Under the pieces are notes generated by a model that did no database searches, was not told where the DNA came from, and worked only from the letters and a program-made list of their open reading frames with translations. Of a DNA stretch of 64,000 nucleotides, positions 63,401 through 64,000 are shown piece after piece. The stretch's first letter is position 1. Every line of letters begins with the position of its first letter. The stretch lies in NCBI GenBank assembly GCA_002269645.1, contig NIVC01000700.1:216594-280593 (forward strand), given 5' to 3'. The translations under genes were made by a program, and so were the position numbers. The stretch is from Macrostomum lignano (taxonomy: Eukaryota).

Positions 63401-64000
63401 CAAACTGTTTCCAGATCGACACAAGCTTGATAAGCACACAAACACAGTCGAGTGTGCTACTGCGCTTTGGCATGCAAACTGTTTCCAGATCGACACAAGC
63501 TTGATAAGCACACAAACACAGTCGAGTGTGCTACTGCGCTTTGGCATGCAAACTGTTTCCAGATCGACACAAGCTTGATAAGCACACAAACACAGTCGAG
63601 TGTGCTACTGCGCTTTGGCATGCAAACTGTTTCCAGATCGACACAAGCTTGATAAGCACACAAACACAGTCGAGTGTGCTACTGCGCTTTGGCATGCAAA
63701 CTGTTTCCAGATCGACACAAGCTTGATAAGCACACAAACACAGTCGAGTGTGCTACTGCGCTTTGGCATGCAAACTGTTTCCAGATCGACACAAGCTTGA
63801 TAAGCACACAAACACAGTCGAGTGCTACTGCGCTTTGGCATGCAAACTGTTTCCAGATCGACACAAGCTTGATAAGCACGCAAACACAGTCGAGTGTGCT
63901 ACTGCGCTTTGGCATGCAAACTGTTTCCAGATCGACACAAGCTTGATAAGCACACACAGTCGAGTGTGCTACTGCGCTTTGGCATGCCAAACTGTTTCCA
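57499..64000. repeat. 74-bp satellite, ~88 copies, truncated by window end
   Basis: Unit ATAAGCACACAAACACAGTCGAGTGTGCTACTGCGCTTTGGCATGCAAACTGTTTCCAGATCGACACAAGCTTG; the ORF track repeats every 74 nt; very few variants. Confidence 0.99.

Noticed and set aside
57499-64000. 74-bp array as a CRISPR array, or its dozens of 66-68 aa ORFs as genes
   Set aside because: Units are contiguous and identical with no unique spacers, there are no cas genes, and the context is eukaryotic. The ORFs are a by-product of the 74-nt period.
57499-64000. Hammerhead-ribozyme satellite as in schistosomes
   Set aside because: No CTGANGA...GAAA core with flanking stems on either strand of the unit.
1-64000. Telomeric TTAGGG arrays, rRNA, RT/LTR or Helitron/Polinton coding domains
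   Set aside because: None of their motifs was seen in the sequence or ORF track.

Overview
Eukaryotic, repeat-saturated animal DNA. The flatworm-type ADP/ATP carrier, CAG-rich exons, short introns and dense 12-26 bp minisatellites suggest a flatworm such as Macrostomum; this is an inference, not a database result. (1) Bases 1 to at least ~8 kb (possibly ~30 kb) carry a minus-strand, multi-exon SynGAP/DAB2IP-like PH-C2-RasGAP gene whose introns are filled by about 20 different micro/minisatellites. (2) A 342-bp hAT-type MITE with a perfect 8-bp TSD sits between two related CT-rich arrays at 34.4-34.7 kb. (3) An ADP/ATP translocase with an uninterrupted CDS lies at 43532-44470. It is preceded by a predicted ~3 kb 5'-UTR intron that is almost free of CpG and holds nested foldback hairpins whose arm mismatches look like methyl-CpG decay. 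(4) At 50.5-54.9 kb, a spliced NOF/Mutator-like DDE transposase gene continues through an in-frame Pro/Ser repeat into a USP-like (C19) cysteine-protease domain with Cys/His/Asp motifs, interrupted by one in-frame TAA. A convergent unknown gene (56.5-57.3 kb) follows, then a very homogeneous 74-bp satellite (~88 copies) that runs off the window end. This possible multi-gene transposon is the strongest novelty candidate. Family assignments come from recalled motifs and manual splicing; no searches were run.
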